Below, one piece after another: positions 61,608 to 64,000 of a stretch of DNA of 64,000 nucleotides. The notes below the pieces were generated by a model, which was not told the DNA's origin, made no database searches, and worked only from the letters and a program-made list of their open reading frames with translations. The stretch is from Callorhinchus milii (Eukaryota). Both the position numbers and the translations under genes were made by a program. Numbering within the stretch: the first letter of the stretch is position 1; every line of letters starts with the position of its first letter. Where the stretch lies: NCBI RefSeq assembly GCF_018977255.1, contig NW_024704743.1:98148001-98212000 (forward strand). Reading direction: 5' to 3'.

Positions 61608-61975
61608 TTGGTTCAGTTAGTAGCACTCTTAACTGTCGTCTGTAAGGGTTGGGTTCAAGTCTCACTCACACATTTGTTTCAGCTGATACTAATAAGTACA
61701 GCACCAAGAAAATGCCAAAATACTGTCATTTGGATGAGATGTTAAACCAAGGTCCTAGATGGATCTTAAAAAGATCCTGTGACATGATTGAAAAAGAGGA
61801 GGGAGTTTCTTCTGATGTTTTGGACAAAAATCTTCTAATTAATTGATCATTGATCTCTCATTGTTTGCTGCATTTGCCTGCAAAATAGTTACTGTAACAT
61901 AACGACAATCTCCTGTGAAGCATTGTGAAACATTTTTTTATGAGATAAGGCACAAAATAAATGTAAGTTCTTTCT
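61608..61975 (+). mobile_element. Decayed Deu-SINE
   Basis: TTGGTTCAGTTAGTAGCACTCT..GGGTTCAAGTC head; GATGAGATGTTAAACCAAGG core. Confidence 0.68.
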
Positions 61976-62899
61976 TTCATTGCCCATCTTATCAATTAAT
62001 GAAATCTGTAATCAAATGAAAATTTATTTTGTCACTAGGATATTTTTTAACAGTAAATAGGGCTAGGAATAAAAAATGTATAGATTTCTTGAATATATGT
62101 CACTTACATTGTCTGGAATATATAAGTCACTTACACTGCATGTTGTCTGAACCTACAGCTTTTAAGTAGGCTATCTGACATTTAAGGTTCTCCAAGCAAT
62201 AAGTCACTTATATAGGTTGCCTGAACTTATAATTCATGTACTAGACTGCCCAAGCTTTTAAGTCGTATATTTAGGCTGACTGAACCCAATAATGATTTAT
62301 AAAGGCTATCTCTTAGTAACATATACGTGCCAGCCAGCAAGCTGTATTCAGAGAAAAAAACTGCTGCTAAAATTTTGTTGCGAATCTCACTACCCAGTGA
62401 AAGTGCTTACCTCCCATGTACAATTTCCCAGAACAATTAGTATGTCTCTGGTATTTGTTTAATTTACTAAGGATATGTATAGTTTGTTTTTATGTATGCA
62501 AAAAACACACCGTGCCAGACAGATGCAAAATAAACTTTGGAAACCTTAATCCACTTTTTATCTTCTGTGGATAGTTTAAATTCTGAATCCTGGACATCAA
62601 TGTTCATGTTTTATGCATCCTCCCTTTTAAGAAATCTATTATGCATAATCTGTCTCCTGCCTTCCCTCACTTCTCAAATCCAGTTTGGTGCAAATGATGT
62701 AAAAGGAGCTATATAAATGTAAATTGTATTGTATTGCATCAAACCATTGAAATTTACAACACAGAAGACAGCCATTCTATCCATTACATTTGGGCTAGCT
62801 CCTTGAACGAACCATCCATTCAGTTATTTTGCCTTTTCTCCGTATCCCTGCAAATTACTCCTGTGTTGTATTCGAAACATAGTCCTCTTGCTTAAGTAC

Positions 62900-63230
62900 C
62901 CTATATTCTGCAACCCAACTGCCCTAGCCAATCCCTCTGCTCTGCAAACACTGACCAGCTTTATGTCCTCCTCCCAACCCACTCCACCATCAGCGGCAGA
63001 GCTTTTAGCAATTCTGCCCCTGCTCTCTGGAACTCCTTTATCCTCTATCTCAGTCCCTCCCTTTCTCCCTGCTTTTAAAGCCCACCTTAAGTCTTTTCTT
63101 GCCAATTGGTCACCTTTCCACCTAATTCCCCCTACCCAAGCTTGGCTCCGAGTCAGCTTTGAGATGCACTTTGAGATACCCTCTGAAATGTGAAATATGT
63201 TATATAAAAGTAAAATTGTTTTTGTTGCTA
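62900..63230 (+). mobile_element. Old L2 3' fragment
   Basis: CTCTGGAACTCC..TTTAAAGCCCACCTTAAG (LWNS..FKAHLK) and tail. Confidence 0.65.
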
Positions 63231-63373
63231 TTGTACATTCTGTGGAGATCTCACAACCAGAGCCTGTCTTCCATCTACATTCTGTGGCATTCTCACATCC
63301 AGAGCTTGTATAAGACTCCAGAATTAGCTTTTAGTAAAGGTGCGAAAATGGTATTTTTTGCTCTCCAATGTTA

Positions 63374-63698
63374 TAATAATAATAATAATAATAATCCTTG
63401 CATTTGATATAGCGCTTTTCACGTCGGGAGGACGTCCCAAAGCGCTTCACAGAATATACTGTAAAGTGAATTGACTGTATATTTGTGGGCGAACGCGGCA
63501 GCCAATTGCGCACAGCAATGTCCCACAAACAGTCGTAGATTGAAAATGACCAATTTATTATTGTTTTGGGTTTTTTGGAGGGATTATTATTAGGCGTGTG
63601 GAGTAAGGAAACTTGCCCAAGGTTTCGCCCTGCCTGGAATTGAACCCAGGTGTCTTGCTTGCAAAGCAAGTGCTCTAACCACTGAGCTACAGGACTCC
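63374..63698 (-). mobile_element. Young short tRNA-Ala SINE, full length
   Basis: Full family match with CpGs retained. Confidence 0.95.
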
Positions 63699-64000
63699 AT
63701 GTTCTTCATAAACAGCTATGCTGTACGCATCGCAAATTATAACAGCTCTCAATATTCACAAATAAAGGTTGTAACTTGTGCTTTGAATCCTGCTATCACA
63801 GATTAGACCCTCACTGGCAGTGTCACTTATTTTGGAAAAACTGTCCTGCAAATCATGCTTGTTTCAACAGTGGTTGGTTAAGCAGAGAGATACCATTTAA
63901 TATGCGCAAGTCATTTCCATTAACTGCAATCTTTGGCATGTTTATGATTGTTTCTGCACTTCAATTGTGACACAGTGCAATAAACCTGTACAGTGTGGCC

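Overview
Repeat-rich, AT-rich vertebrate DNA, intronic or intergenic. It is most likely from a cartilaginous fish, inferred from SacSINE1-like Deu-SINEs together with L2 and CR1 LINEs; the species cannot be fixed from the sequence. I could not identify any host protein-coding exon, RNA gene or prokaryotic system. All recognisable ORFs are broken retrotransposon ORFs: L2 endonuclease/reverse transcriptase at 2320-4231 and 40428-43189, and CR1 C-terminal fragments. The window is dominated by at least two recent L2 subfamilies with (TTG)n tails. Four SINE types carry the same L2 3' end: a Deu-SINE, a long and a short tRNA-Ala-headed SINE, and one further single-copy type. Most worth following up: (1) an unclassified ~600-bp old repeat whose copies were twice hit at nearly the same point by the same young L2; (2) the modular SINE series; (3) a triple nested insertion that dates the families; (4) repeated L2 insertion into L2-type tails; (5) a fold-back MITE family; (6) a candidate recursive splice site on the minus strand. 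I cannot support a claim of a wholly new biological system. Repeat boundaries are read by eye and are approximate for old copies.
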